From: Asterias rubens
Lineage: Eukaryota
DNA length: 64,000 bases
Direction: 5' to 3'
NCBI RefSeq assembly: GCF_902459465.1
Contig: NC_047072.1
Location: 16,554,001-16,618,000, forward strand
In this document: positions 22,441 through 34,515 of the stretch, one piece after another
Layout: the number at the start of each line of letters is the position of its first letter
Numbering within the stretch: the stretch's first letter is position 1
Notes under the pieces: model-generated
Told to the model about the DNA's origin: nothing
Databases searched by the model: none
The model's input: the letters and a program-made list of their open reading frames with translations, nothing else
Made by a program: the position numbers and the translations under genes

Positions 22441-22820
22441 AGACAGTGGACACTATTGGTAACTGTCAAAGACTAGTCTTCACAGTTGGTGTATCTCAAC
22501 ATATGCATAAAATAACAAACCTGTGAAAATTTGAGCTCAATCGGTCGTCGAATTTGCGAGATAATAATGAAAGAATAAAAAAAACCTTGTGTCACGAAGT
22601 TGGGTGCTTTCTGATGCTTGATTTCGAGACCTCAAATTCTAAACTTGAGGTCTCGAAATCAAATTCGTGGAAAAATACTTCTTTCTCGAAAACTACGTCA
22701 CTTCAGAGGGAGCTGTTTCTCACAATGTTTTATACCATCAACCTCTCCCCATTACTCGTAATCAAGTACGGTTTTATGATGATGATTATTTTGAGTAATT
22801 ACTAATAGTGTACACTGCCT
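22441..22820 (+). mobile_element. Kolobok-type MITE, family A
   Basis: TTAA flanks, TIRs, perfect 16-bp internal stem gatttcgagacctcaa/ttgaggtctcgaaatc. Confidence 0.88.
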
Positions 22821-22824
22821 TTAA

Positions 22825-23137
22825 AGGCACTGGCCACATGATATTCTCACATGCTGTAACAATTCTGTGTAAATCTGGACTCATGTGTTCATTGAAATTG
22901 AGAGTAGTGAATGAAAAACACACTTGTTGCACAATTGTTCGTGCTTTCAGATGACCAAAAAGGCGTTCATAAGTCTTTTGACTGAGAAATGGACTCTCTT
23001 TCTAAAAACTATGTTACTTCAGAGGATGCCGTTTATCACAATATTAATTTTTATACTACAAAAGCGCCCACTGCTCGTTACCGAGTAAGTTTTTATGCAA
23101 ACATTTATTTTGAGTAACTAACAATAAAGTCCCCGCT
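22825..23137 (+). mobile_element. Kolobok-type MITE, family B (degenerate), abutting the previous copy
   Basis: Begins AGGCACTGG directly after the shared TTAA at 22821-22824. Confidence 0.7.
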
Positions 23138-23914
23138 TTATAGGCAGTAAACAAATGGGCAACATGTCCCTTTACCAAGGGGCAATAAATAGAACCTCCC
23201 TCTTAAAGACAAAGGGGAAGTACCGCAGCAATATTCTTCATAGTTTGCAATACGAACATACAATAGCGACCTCATGCGTCACCGTAGCTTTGCAAGCTGT
23301 CCTTACAGATATAAACCACTGTCAGTTAACAGTTGGTAACACAACAAAAAGTTCAATACAAATGGTCTGCCATAAAACTACAAGGAAACAATGTGTCGAG
23401 TTTGGTTGGTCCTTGAAAAAAGGTTGATATTTGAAAGCGTGTATGACCTTCATTAGGAATTACCGCAAGTTCAACTCCGGTGATTACGGCAAACAGTACC
23501 TGACAAGGCATGGGTCTACAGGCCGCTCTAGACGGCACGAGGGCGACGGCACTGGACCATTACTACGGGTAATTGTCAGCGTAGTATATCTACAACGACA
23601 GATAGTAACAGCTTCAAAAGTGATGTATTTCCTCCAGCGTGAATTAAACTGGAATTATGCTGCTCTCCATGAAGTAATACCGATTATTATCTCAGTGTTA
23701 AATGGAGCAAGCGGTAGCTTTACTGCACGTAGAGAACTTTACGCAGGATGTATACAGAGGTCAGGGACTCCGGTGTAACACGCATAGCGTAGTTCGTCCA
23801 ACCATCCATGTTCAAACTGTCAGGTAAGTTTAAAACTTCTCTACTTTACTGACGGAGTTTAGTTTTTAGCTGTGACTTGTTATCGTTAGGTAGGTTATAC
23901 AAACGGATTATTAC

Positions 23915-24150
23915 TATAGCGCGCATATCAGTCACTCAATGACGCTCAAAGGCGCTTTTAATGCATTTCAATTCGAATTCTGAGATCTACATACTCCTTT
24001 TAGGCCTACATAGCACCCTGTAATGGTTTACGAGGTGCTGTGGCGCAATATGCAGCCAATCAAACCAGAAACACCAGTGCGAACTACTTACATAGCACCA
24101 TGTAATGGTTTACAAGGTGCTGTGGCGCAATATGCAGCCAATCACACCAA
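23915..24150 (-). mobile_element. SINE-like 3' fragment with an internal ~80-bp duplication
   Basis: Homologous to 14970-15100; tagcacc.tgtaatggtttac.aggtgctgtggcgcaatatgcagccaatca occurs twice. Confidence 0.65.
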
Positions 24151-25269
24151 TAATAATATACTCTAGAATGAGTGGGTCGTCGGTTCGATTCTCTCTCGAG
24201 TAATGATTTAAAGCTACATACGAAGTGTGGGACTGATAACCAAAAAGTCCACATAATGTAGAGACTTGGAACACTATGTGGACTTACACACGTCCACACA
24301 GTGTAAATGCAGTGTTGAAGAATACGATTTTTCTCGAGTTTACAGAGAAAGCAAAAGTGTTCACAGAGTGACTGCACAGAGCGGTGTGTGTTTGTGGGTG
24401 TTGTTTTCCTGCTCAACTCATGACAACATTTCTCCCCACTAAATCGGTGTATTGTTAAAAAAAATTAAAAAAAATACTAGTGAGTAATAATTGTGTAAGG
24501 TTTGTGAAGCTTTCGAAACAATTTGCGTATTTTTTGAACTTTCAAATTTATTGCTGTTAATTTACGACTCAGATTTAATGTTGTAATCTCAACGAGCACA
24601 TAGGAAAGATAACCTTCACACGCACGACGCTTCCTGGTTTCACTTTGTGATACAGTGTTTGTTCTGTTCTGAAAACAAATGCTGTAAAGGGCTCAAATTA
24701 TTGGTTTCATATTTTGAGATTTTGCCACTAGTTTATCAGCCTAAAGCAGATCCAGTTCTGTATACATGTATGCTCGCCTCTTAGTTTGTCGCGTTCCCCG
24801 TACAGTATAAGCCATTAATAGCGAACATTATCTGTGACAAAGGAACCCAATAGTAGAAGTGAAATCAATTTAAAGTATCTCCACGAAAGTAAATCATTGG
24901 TAAAAGGAAACAAATGTAGGAAACAAAAAGAAGGAAAACGGAGAGCAGGAAATGAAATTGAGGGGGGGGGGGGCACATCAAAAGTGAAAGTGGATCAACA
25001 AATAACAAGTGTGATAATAAAATAGGTTAGGCCGAGCGGCAGTTTCTAAGTCTAAAGGAGGACGAGCCTTTTCTCAACATTCGCGCGTTGAACCAAACAT
25101 GATTTGACTTTTTAATAATTTACTGAAGGACGAAGTACCAAACCAATCAATATAATACTACCAATATCAATTGTATGATACATTGTATAGCGAATAATGC
25201 AGGGGCCTGTAGACATACCATTAAACAATGACATGAATTATATGAAGCAATCTGTTACAACAATTCAGA

Positions 25270-25800
25270 TTAATTAAGCAAATGAGTCTTTAAAAGTCCC
25301 TTGAAAATCTGAGAGTTAGCTTGGCGAATATGAAGAGGTAAGTCGCTCCATACGAAGTTGCAATGAAGTTGAAGGCTCTTTGACCATATAATTTTATTGG
25401 AAAAGGTAGTTTGAGTCAGTAGGGATTGGCCAGCAGAGCAAAGCGGACGAAAGGGAATTTGTGGAGAACATCAAATCCTAGACAGGGGAAAGGCCATGAA
25501 GAGCTTTGACATTGAGGAAATCTTATTTACACGATACGTCATTTGATCGGGAGCCAGTTGAGTTCTTGTTAGATTGGAGTAATGTGCTGAGAACGAGAAT
25601 ACGTGAGACAAAGCGAGCAGCAGTGTTCTGAAGACGTTGAATTTTTGAAGTTCTTTATCAGAAAGTCCGGTAAGAACAGAATTTCACGAGTCGAGTCTAG
25701 GAGTGACAAAAGATAATATCAGAACCATTTTATAGTTCAGAAAGAAAATCAGAAAGAAAATCATCAATACTGCTACGTGCGAAAAACTAAAAATTCCTAT
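25270..25800 (-). mobile_element. Degenerate L2-clade LINE reverse-transcriptase C-terminal fragment
   Basis: Minus translation gives LILSFVTPRLDS*NSVLTGL, then after a frameshift QRLQNTAARFVSR, matching the L2 pattern SRLDYCNS.L.GL...LQR.QN.AAR. Confidence 0.7.
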
Positions 25801-26326
25801 TAAAAAAAGAAAGCTTAGTTCGACTTCAGGAATTTGATATGTCCAAGTTATTTTGCTGTATATATAAGCTCTTCAGAAAAAAAATTGAAATAAATGTTTA
25901 CTCCAACGCCGAATGAAGCAGTATACTTCTGGAATACTGTCGTATAAATTGAACAGCTTGTTTAAAATATAACTAGCTCGATCACATGTCAAAAAAAAAA
26001 AATAATAGTGATAGATTAATCTTATTTGGCGCAAAGCATAACTGGAAGAAATCTCGATGCGCTTTTCACAAACTCAAAAATTATAAAGAAAGAGAGAATG
26101 CAAGTTAAAATAGGTTGGTTTGACTTTTGTCTAGGATAGTAGCTGGTATTGAAGAAGGTAGGGCATTCCACACTGGATCCATATATTCCTTGTATTACAG
26201 AGATAATAACGATTCAAAATTGCCCTTTTATGGGATATTTATTCCAGTGCGTTTGTTTATAATAGAGCAATAACTCGGCACTCAACAGAACGTCCGCTTT
26301 TGTGTTGTAGTAAGCCTACATCTTAA

Positions 26327-26672
26327 AGGCACTGGACATGGTAATTACTAGGAATAATTGTAAACATGAAAACTGACTTGCTAACGAGCAATGGAGAGCT
26401 GGTTATAGTATAAAACATTGTAAGAAAACGTTACTCCGAAGTAACATAGTTTTGAGAAAGAAGCAATTTCTCACTCATTGATGAAATACTTCAGCCGAAG
26501 TTTGTTTTATTATGCATCTGAAAGCACACACATTGTGCAATATTTGTTCACCGTTCTATGATGACCAATTGAGCCATAATGTTTACAGGTTTGTTATTTA
26601 TGATTTTTATTTTATTTTAAATACACCAAGTGAGAGTACTGGTCTTTGCAAATACCAAATGTACTCATGCCT
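26327..26672 (-). mobile_element. Kolobok-type MITE, family B
   Basis: TTAA-AGGCACTGGACA...GCCT-TTAA with reverse-oriented body. Confidence 0.75.
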
Positions 26673-26676
26673 TTAA

Positions 26677-27020
26677 AGGGAAGGTAGACTATTGGTAATT
26701 GTCAAAGACCAGTCTTCTCACTTGGTGTATCTCAAATACGCATGAAATAACAAACCTGTGAAAATTTGAGCGCAATTGGTCATCGGAGTTGGGAGGAAAT
26801 GATGCAAAAAAAAAACCCACCCATGTTGGACGAATGGGTGTGCTTTCAGATAGGAATAAAAGACTATTTTAGTGAGAAATTACCTCTTTCTCAAAATTTA
26901 TGCTACTTTAGAGGGAGCTGTTTCTCACAAGGTTTTATACTATCAACAGCTCTCCAATGCTCGTTACCAAGTCAGTTTTAAGCTAATGTTTTGAGTAATT
27001 ACCAAACATGTACCTTCCCT
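26677..27020 (+). mobile_element. Kolobok-type MITE, family B body with variant TIR (AGGGAAGGTA)
   Basis: TIR pair agggaaggta/taccttccct; shares TTAA 26673-26676 with the previous copy. Confidence 0.8.
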
Positions 27021-27172
27021 ATAAGACAACCGGAAGCGCCTATGGTACATTCAGCATCCATAAGCTTTTAACGACCAATAATAACATTGATGTATTTGCG
27101 CTTGAATAGTTCAAGGGCATACAACCACGGAGTGCTGGGAACTATTTAGCAGCAACAACACTACAGATTTAA

Positions 27173-27549
27173 AGACAGTGGACACTGTTGGTAATTGTCA
27201 AAGACTAGTCTTCACAGTTGGTGTTTCTCAACATATGCATAAAATAACAAACTTGTGAAAATTTGAGCTCAATCGGTCGTTGAATTTGCGAGATAATAAT
27301 GAAAGAAAAAAACACCATTGTCACACGAAGTTTGATAATAATAACACGAAGTTTCGAGACCTCAAATTCTAAACTTGAGGTCTCGAAATCAAATACGTGG
27401 AAAATTACTTCTTTCTCGAAAACTACGTCACTTCAGAGGGAGCTGTTTCTTACAATGTTTTATACCATCTATCTCGCCCCATTACATGTAATCAAGACAG
27501 ATTTATGATGATAAATATTTTGAGTAATTACCACTAGTGTCCACTGCCT
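27173..27549 (+). mobile_element. Kolobok-type MITE, family A
   Basis: TTAA flanks, TIRs, near-identical to 22441-22820. Confidence 0.88.
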
Positions 27550-27577
27550 TTAAGAACGCAATCTATTTTTCTTTTAA

Positions 27578-27949
27578 AGGAACATTACATAATTCACGTT
27601 TGCTAACAAAACATTTGCTGGCAGGGGAAGCACTTGATGTAATCAACCATATGCACACACTGACAAACCTGTAGAAGTTTGAGATCGATCGGCCATCTGG
27701 GTCACGAGAAAAGAGTGAAAAACCGATGACACATTTTGCATGACATCGATTACAACAAAATGAATGAAACGCTCACTGAGCGATAAACTCCAAACAGGAA
27801 ATTAGTTTGATTTATTTCTCATCAAATAATGACAGAGATACTACAAGGGATGTTTTCTACTATTATCATCATTAGATCGACGTGTAAGTTTATGACAAAT
27901 CTGTGATCTTATAGACGAGTTTTTTTCTTATTTATTCTGTAATGTTCCT
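27578..27949 (+). mobile_element. Kolobok-type MITE, family F
   Basis: TTAA-AGGAACATTACA...TGTAATGTTCCT; homologous to the reverse copy at 56367-56690. Confidence 0.75.
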
Positions 27950-28029
27950 AGCCTTAGGGTTAAAGAACTTAATCTATTTTTTCTTAAATTCTTATTATGC
28001 AAGTTCGCCTAACACAATGCTAAGAGCCA

Positions 28030-28480
28030 CTCGTGGTACGAGGCTATATATAAGAAAACATTAAGGATGGAAATAACTTAGTGGAGCACCGTAGAAATTG
28101 ACAATAGTCTTGATTGTAGGATGGAGGGAAACATGCAACTGGCAAGGAGTCCAAAGTAGATACAGTATGTGGAATAAAACTGTTGCAATGGCAATTTTTA
28201 TCTCAGCAACGGAAGAGTGTATTGGTGAGAAGAAGCAGAAAGCCCAGTGTCATATCGGTACTGATAAGAGAAACGAGGTCGGAATGAAAAAAAAAATGTA
28301 GAGAAGACAGAAGCTGCGTGACTACAGATAAAAGGTGGGAAGGAGGTTGGATATAACGTTGACCCTAACACTTCACCAACAATATTTATTAAACTTATTA
28401 ACAATACGTCTCTGCACTCTATCTTATAAAACTGTTTACTCAAGTGATGTGTGAATGAATACAACATCAAATCATAATAT
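28030..28480 (-). mobile_element. Degenerate CR1/L2-group LINE 3' fragment
   Basis: Minus translation NSFIPHTVSTLDSLPVACFPPS resembles the conserved SFFPRT..LWNSLP...FP end of the RT ORF. Confidence 0.55.
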
Positions 28481-29080
28481 ACTACTACAACTCAATGTGC
28501 AGTCTACTCTAGCACCCTGTGTGCCCACTATTTTTTTCCAAAATGGTTTCTTCTATCATAAGCTATTGCATATCTCCCAACAAACACTTCTAAAACCGAC
28601 ATGCAACCACATCTGTTAAAGAGGGGTCTGGTCTAAAACACTAACTAAAGTTTAAAGCTGACGTCATCGTGTCGATCATCGAGCCGCGAGTGACATTTTT
28701 CTTTTCTAGTTTATTAAGATGAAAATCTCAATCAAACATTCCTAGAAGGTTGAAAAGGACGAGAAATCACGTTCAATCGCTCAATCTAAGTAATCTGGGA
28801 CCTCTACTTCATTATTCGATTAAAGGGACTTTACTTCAATGAATTAGAACGATCCATTACAGTAATGGGAGATGCAGTGGTCAGATATTGGGAATGAGGG
28901 GTCAACTTAATTAGTAAGACAACTCTAGAACAGCATTCACGTAACTGTAATTACGCTCCGTCTTTAGGAGCATATCAATGTTCTTATATTTGTTGCTTCA
29001 TTCGAATTGCACCGATTTAAAGGTTAGGAAGGGTAAAGTTTTGTATGGTGAGTCATAGGTTCAAAAACGATGTAAGCATT

Positions 29081-29459
29081 AGGCACTGGACACCTTCGGT
29101 ATTGTCAAAGACCAGCATTCTCACTTGGTGTATCCCAACATCTGCATAACTTAACAAACCTGTTATAATGTTGAGTCAATTGGTCATCAAAAGAGCAAGA
29201 AAATGAAAGAAAAAGGAAAGACAAAATCCCTTGCACTATTTTGTGTGCTTTCAAATGCCTAAAAAAAACAACATCCGGCCTGAGGTATTGATATTTGGAG
29301 TGATAAATTACTCCACCCACTCTCTCAAAAACTACGTTACTTCAGAGAAAGACGTATCTCACAATGTTTTATACTATCAACAGCTCTCCATTGCTCATTA
29401 CCAAGTAAGATTTTTCATGCTAAAAATTATTTTATGTTATTCCAAAAGTGTGCAGTTTT
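29081..29459 (+). mobile_element. Kolobok-type MITE, family B
   Basis: Left TIR aggcactggacaccttcggt, full body, eroded right TIR. Confidence 0.75.
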
Positions 29460-29489
29460 TATCTAGTCCAACGAATGAGTAACAGTTCA

Positions 29490-30000
29490 AATGCTCTGTA
29501 AACAGTAAACAGCTTGAGTTGCTAGGGCAACGATGAATTCAAGATGGTACAGGGCTCTCCAGGAAGTCTTTCCCAACATAAAATTAGTTTCTCGAAACAC
29601 CTCTAAGGACCAATACAGAATACTGATTATTTTCTGACCTTTATCGAGTTGGACAAGCCTTCGTTTCTAAGAGAGAGTTGGTTCAATATTTGATCACAAA
29701 TTATCAATGATTCATAAAATTGACAGCGAGTTTAGACCAAAGGTCTGGTCACCCAAGAAACAATTCCGACGTAACTAGGATTGGTTTAACACTGCGACAC
29801 CAACGAGTGTCGTGTCCCACAAGTATGGGAATTACGTTCACGCCTTGTCAACCTGTCATGAAGAACTAACCCAGACATGTTTGCGATTCTAGAGCTAGGC
29901 TGAGTCCAGAAGATTGAATTACAAAACAATCCAATTAGTCTAAGTGATTTGACACTGTCAATGAGCAATACGATACATCAGTTTTGCTATTTTAAAAGTA
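29490..30000 (-). mobile_element. Highly degenerate LINE RT-like fragment
   Basis: Broken frames DSVKSLRLIGL..IFWTQ and VKPILVT resemble CR1-type RT C-terminal motifs. Confidence 0.35.
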
Positions 30001-30480
30001 CAGTATATTCGTTCATACCGTTTCATAATGCTTTATTTATGCTGTTCTGCCCCAATCAGGACGACATAAAAGCCACTCTCGTAAAAGGGTTCAAGAATAA
30101 AACATCCGAACGACGTTATTAAAAAGCTACTTGAGCGACAAATTTCCAGGAATGCTTTAAACTTGTTTCTAATGTCCATCAATTAATTGTCATTTTGATG
30201 TTTGTTACACTCATTAACTTTTCATCAACATCGATCAAAAGCATAGCTACACTTCTGCCGTTGGTGGCGTGCGTCAAAAAGACAATTGTTGACGTCATTT
30301 GTGGGAGGTTGCATGCAACTAAATGGAGCTTTTTTAAGTGAGTGCTTGGGTAAATGTTTTGCCAAGATTCGGCGCTCCATACCAATCAGCCAGTGCGGTT
30401 TATTTTATCAACAACGGAAATCTCTGTATGATTTCAGAGAATTATTACCCAGGGAAAATGTCTCGTAGCTTGTCAGTTAA

Positions 30481-30805
30481 ATGCACTGGACACCTTTGTC
30501 AAAGCCCAACATAATGCATATATGCAACAAATCTGTGAAAATTTTGACTCCATTGGTCATTGAAGTTGCAAGAGAATAATGAAGAAAAAACACCCTATTG
30601 AACAAAATGTTTGTGCTTTCAGATGCCAATAAAAGGCCTGAAGCCTTTTATTATTTGAGTGAGAAAATACCCCTTTCTCAAAAACTACGTTACTTCAGAG
30701 GGAGCCGTTTCTCACAATGTTTATGTATCAACAGCTCTCCATTTGCTCGTTACCAAGCAATGTCTTATGCTTGCAATAGTTTTCAGTAATTACCAAACGT
30801 GTCCT
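30481..30805 (+). mobile_element. Kolobok-type MITE, family B
   Basis: Preceded by TTAA; body motifs conserved; right TIR gtaattaccaaacgtgtcc. Confidence 0.75.
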
Positions 30806-31005
30806 AAACAAAAGCAGTCACCAACAGTGAGGTGATTGTTTTTAGAGAGACCTTTGCAATTAAAACGCCCGACCCATTAACAAGAGTGTTTACTAATTGT
30901 TTGAGCGGAAATTCATCTTCACTGATATTGTAACTGACCTCGTGTTAATTATTCCTAATAGAGTATCAATGCACAATCATATTGTAACAATTTGGGTTGT
31001 TTTAA

Positions 31006-31395
31006 AGGGTTTGGGTACCCTTTGTACAATACAAAACACAATGTCGACAGATCTAAGTTAAACTCACTCAGTTTGAATTAATGATGTTAGAAAGCTTCCC
31101 TGAAAATATTACTTACTGGGATGATGAAGTTTTTGAGGAATGAGTGAAACAATGGCACGGAAATAATTTTCCTCTCAGGAGACGAAAATTATTTTAGTAT
31201 GTAACTTACTTACAAGTATTTGTATTTACTTGAATCTCCTGAAAATATCGCTCTGTGATTTTCACTTTTTTTTCTCACAAACTTGACGACTAATGAAGCT
31301 GAAACTTCTACAGGTAAATTAAATTACAACATCTTCATTAACAATGAGTAGGGATTCATGTCATGACAATTGATCTACAAAAGGTATCAAACCCT
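31006..31395. mobile_element. Kolobok-type MITE, family C (plus a solo right end at 31565-31606)
   Basis: TTAA-AGGGTTTGGGTACC...GGTATCAAACCCT-TTAA. Confidence 0.75.
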
Positions 31396-31884
31396 TTAAT
31401 GTTCTCGTTGTTTTTATTTCTGACAGCATCTTACTGATAGAAGAAGATTAATACGTTTCATGGGGTATTTTAAAATGTTGACCTCTACCAAAATTTGCTG
31501 GACCTTTCGCGATGGACATCCAATGAATTTAGTGAAGTATCTTTGAGGCAACCCCAAATCAACTGTCATGGCCAAAAACTTGATCTACAAAAGGTAACAC
31601 AACCCTTTAAACCAAGCGTTTATCACCATCATTTTCGTATTCAACCTCCCTTTCACGAGTGACTGATTTACCAGCGGCTACCTATTAATTATAAAGGTGT
31701 TTTGTTTCATGCACTCAAATATTAAACCTAAACTAAGTGTCATTTTATCATTATAAAACTGTCAAAAAATAAGACATTGTATAACAAATCATTGCTAGGA
31801 TTTCGTTTATGGCGAGGTCTTCAAAACCTGTTGCGTTCATTGAGTGTTTATTTATTACTCTTAATCAATCATAGAGGTTGCTTT

Positions 31885-31955
31885 TTACATAGCGCACATA
31901 TCCGTCACTCAGTGATGCTCATGACGCTTCAACATTCAGTATTTCCTGCAAGGTT
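31885..31955 (-). mobile_element. SINE-like tail fragment (single copy of the 41-bp unit)
   Basis: atagcgcacatatccgtcactcagtgatgctcatgacgcttcaacattc matches the array unit and its flank. Confidence 0.6.
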
Positions 31956-32849
31956 TGTGCATGGAGGAAGAAATAGATAACGGACTACGTTTTTTTGAAG
32001 TATGTGACTTATTCCCTTATTCATGAAAGCGAACCAGTTATCTCGCAACTCTTCGCGAGACTTCTCCTCATGCGAGACTGAGACTACAGACCTATTTGTA
32101 GCCGTGAGCTAGTAGTATCGCGAGAGTATAGTGTAGTCCCGAGAGAGCCGTTACTGTAATCAACGTGATTTAACGACTTGTTCACAAGCCTAAAGTGGAT
32201 GTTGGACTTTCTGTTGTTATATTGTAGGTTGCCATCTTTAGGGAGTAGAAACGCATTACTGAAAATAGTTTTTCCTTGTCGTTAAGACTTGGAAGATATC
32301 GCCACACAAGTATTAAACAATATTAATGATTGAACTTTATCCACAACATTTCAGTTATAGACCAATATCAATGGATGCATTTGTCCTAACTGTTTTATAC
32401 CAATCTGATAGTAAATTTACTCTGTCAAAGGTTTACAAAAGTGTATAGCCAATAACACCATAGAGACACAGATAAATGTTTAAGCCTATCTGTTCCCTTA
32501 TAATTATTATCAAACACTTTGAGAAAACAACAAATGAAACAGACTCACGAAAAGATGAAAAGAACGTGAGAGACCATTCATAATGGTGAGCAGTTCACCC
32601 TTAAATGATCAAACTAAATATTTCTACCAAACTCGCGTCTGCATCTACCTCACATATAAAAGCAACCCATAAAGACCAGATGACAATTGGGTTTAGAATT
32701 CACAATCCTTGGAGTCATTCCTGTTTGGATTATGGTCGCTATGGTTAATATAGCGTGTTGAGCAAATATGTATTGATCATAATATTGCTCGAACTGTATT
32801 GTGACGTAGTTAATATAAGTCTACCGGTATTGAAGCATCTGTTTGCTTT

Positions 32850-33250
32850 CCCTTAGGGTCTTTGATAGTTGCTGCTTAGTTATATAGGTCCATCTGCAAT
32901 GTGACATCTGCCAGCTACCTTATGGGAATGGTGGATCATTTCTTTTCAGTTTCATCTATGGGTCTTTTCTCTAAGTTCTTTTCTTTATAGACATTTTTGT
33001 TAAATAGTATGATTTGAGTAGGGTAGAAAGCTTACGCTTCCGATCCAAATCGGATGTTATAAATAGTTGTATAGGTCTATCTGTATTGTGACATATGCCA
33101 GCTAAACCTTAAGGAATGGTGGCTAATTTCTTCTCGGTTATATCTAAGGGTCATTTCTTTAAGTCTATATGAAAATATGCTATATATATATGTGTCTATA
33201 ACTGCATTGTGACATATGTCAGTTCACTAAGGGCTAAGTGGTAAATTTCT
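32850..33250. repeat. Degenerate tandem repeat (about 3 units)
   Basis: ctg.a.tgtgacat.tg.cag recurs near 32895, 33080 and 33200. Confidence 0.6.
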
Positions 33251-34151
33251 AAGGAGCGAGTGAGTTTGCATTCAATTGGTATTCAAACAGTGTTTTTGCA
33301 TGATATTGTTTGGTGTAAAACAACCATCAAAATTCAGTTTGAAATTTGTAAATACAATATGATGAATTTAAGTTTAACATTCTTACTCGTTAGACTTTTG
33401 TTTATTGCAAATCAGAAAGGATCAAACTGACCGAGAAAGAGTCAAAATGTACGCAGAACCCGAGTTAAAAATTACCTTTTAAACACTTTCTGGGTCACCC
33501 TGACTAACCCCATCCCCCAGCCATGTGACCTGGAATCAGTATCAATTATGACAGAATAATTCTTTACAAACATTAACAGCAATATTGAACCTTGGATAAC
33601 ACGATCCGCTTTACAATCCAACCAGATCAAAACTTCCACAAAATGTATCATGGGTTTATCTGAGGTTTATCTCCAGATTGCAAAATGCTAAAGAGCTCCA
33701 ACATATACCAAATTAAAGCTTCGAATATGGCCTTGCCATCCATGTATGTAACTCCCGAAGTAAAATGTTTGCAGAGCGTGTTACTATTGGTATGAGACGT
33801 TGTCATTTACAACCCGTGACCTTACACTGAAAGAAGAATAAATCGTAGTAGGCTACAAACTTGATCGAGTATGGACTGCTCTTCACTAAACATTAATTAC
33901 ATTTACGTCATGCAGAGCCTCTCTATGATACAAATTAACCATCCCCATGATATCGTGAATAGTTTAGCGCCCTTCAATTATCTACATATTTATTTATTTT
34001 GTTTTAAAGGGCATGCTATACGTATAATGCTATCACTGCTAAAATCAATGCCACTAAAAACATTTGGTCAGAAGCCTACAGTAGCTTTGGATATAAATAG
34101 AATAAAAGAAACATTATGAGAAACATTTTACTTTGAAGTAACGTGGTTTAG

Positions 34152-34515
34152 AGCCATTATACACTTTCGGCACAGAACAAAAAGTTCACAGATTTACAAA
34201 TAACTTACAGGGTTTACAGAAGGTAATGGTGAAAGACTTCTCTTGAAATATTATTCCATGAAATGCCTTACTTTTCGAGAAACCATTTAAACAATTATCA
34301 ATTCTCGTTGTCGAGATTTACGGATTTATTTTAAACACATGTCATGACACGGTGAAACGTGCGGAAACAAGGGTGGGTTTTCCCGTTATTTTCTCCCGAC
34401 TCCGATGACTGATTGAGCCTAAATTTTCACAGGTTTGTTATTTTTTATATCTGAGTTGTGATGCACGAAGTGTGGGCCTTTGGACAATATTGTTTACCGA
34501 AAGTGTCCAATGGCT
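34152..34515. mobile_element. Kolobok-type MITE, family D
   Basis: TIRs agccattatacactttcgg / ccgaaagtgtccaatggct followed by TTAA. Confidence 0.75.
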
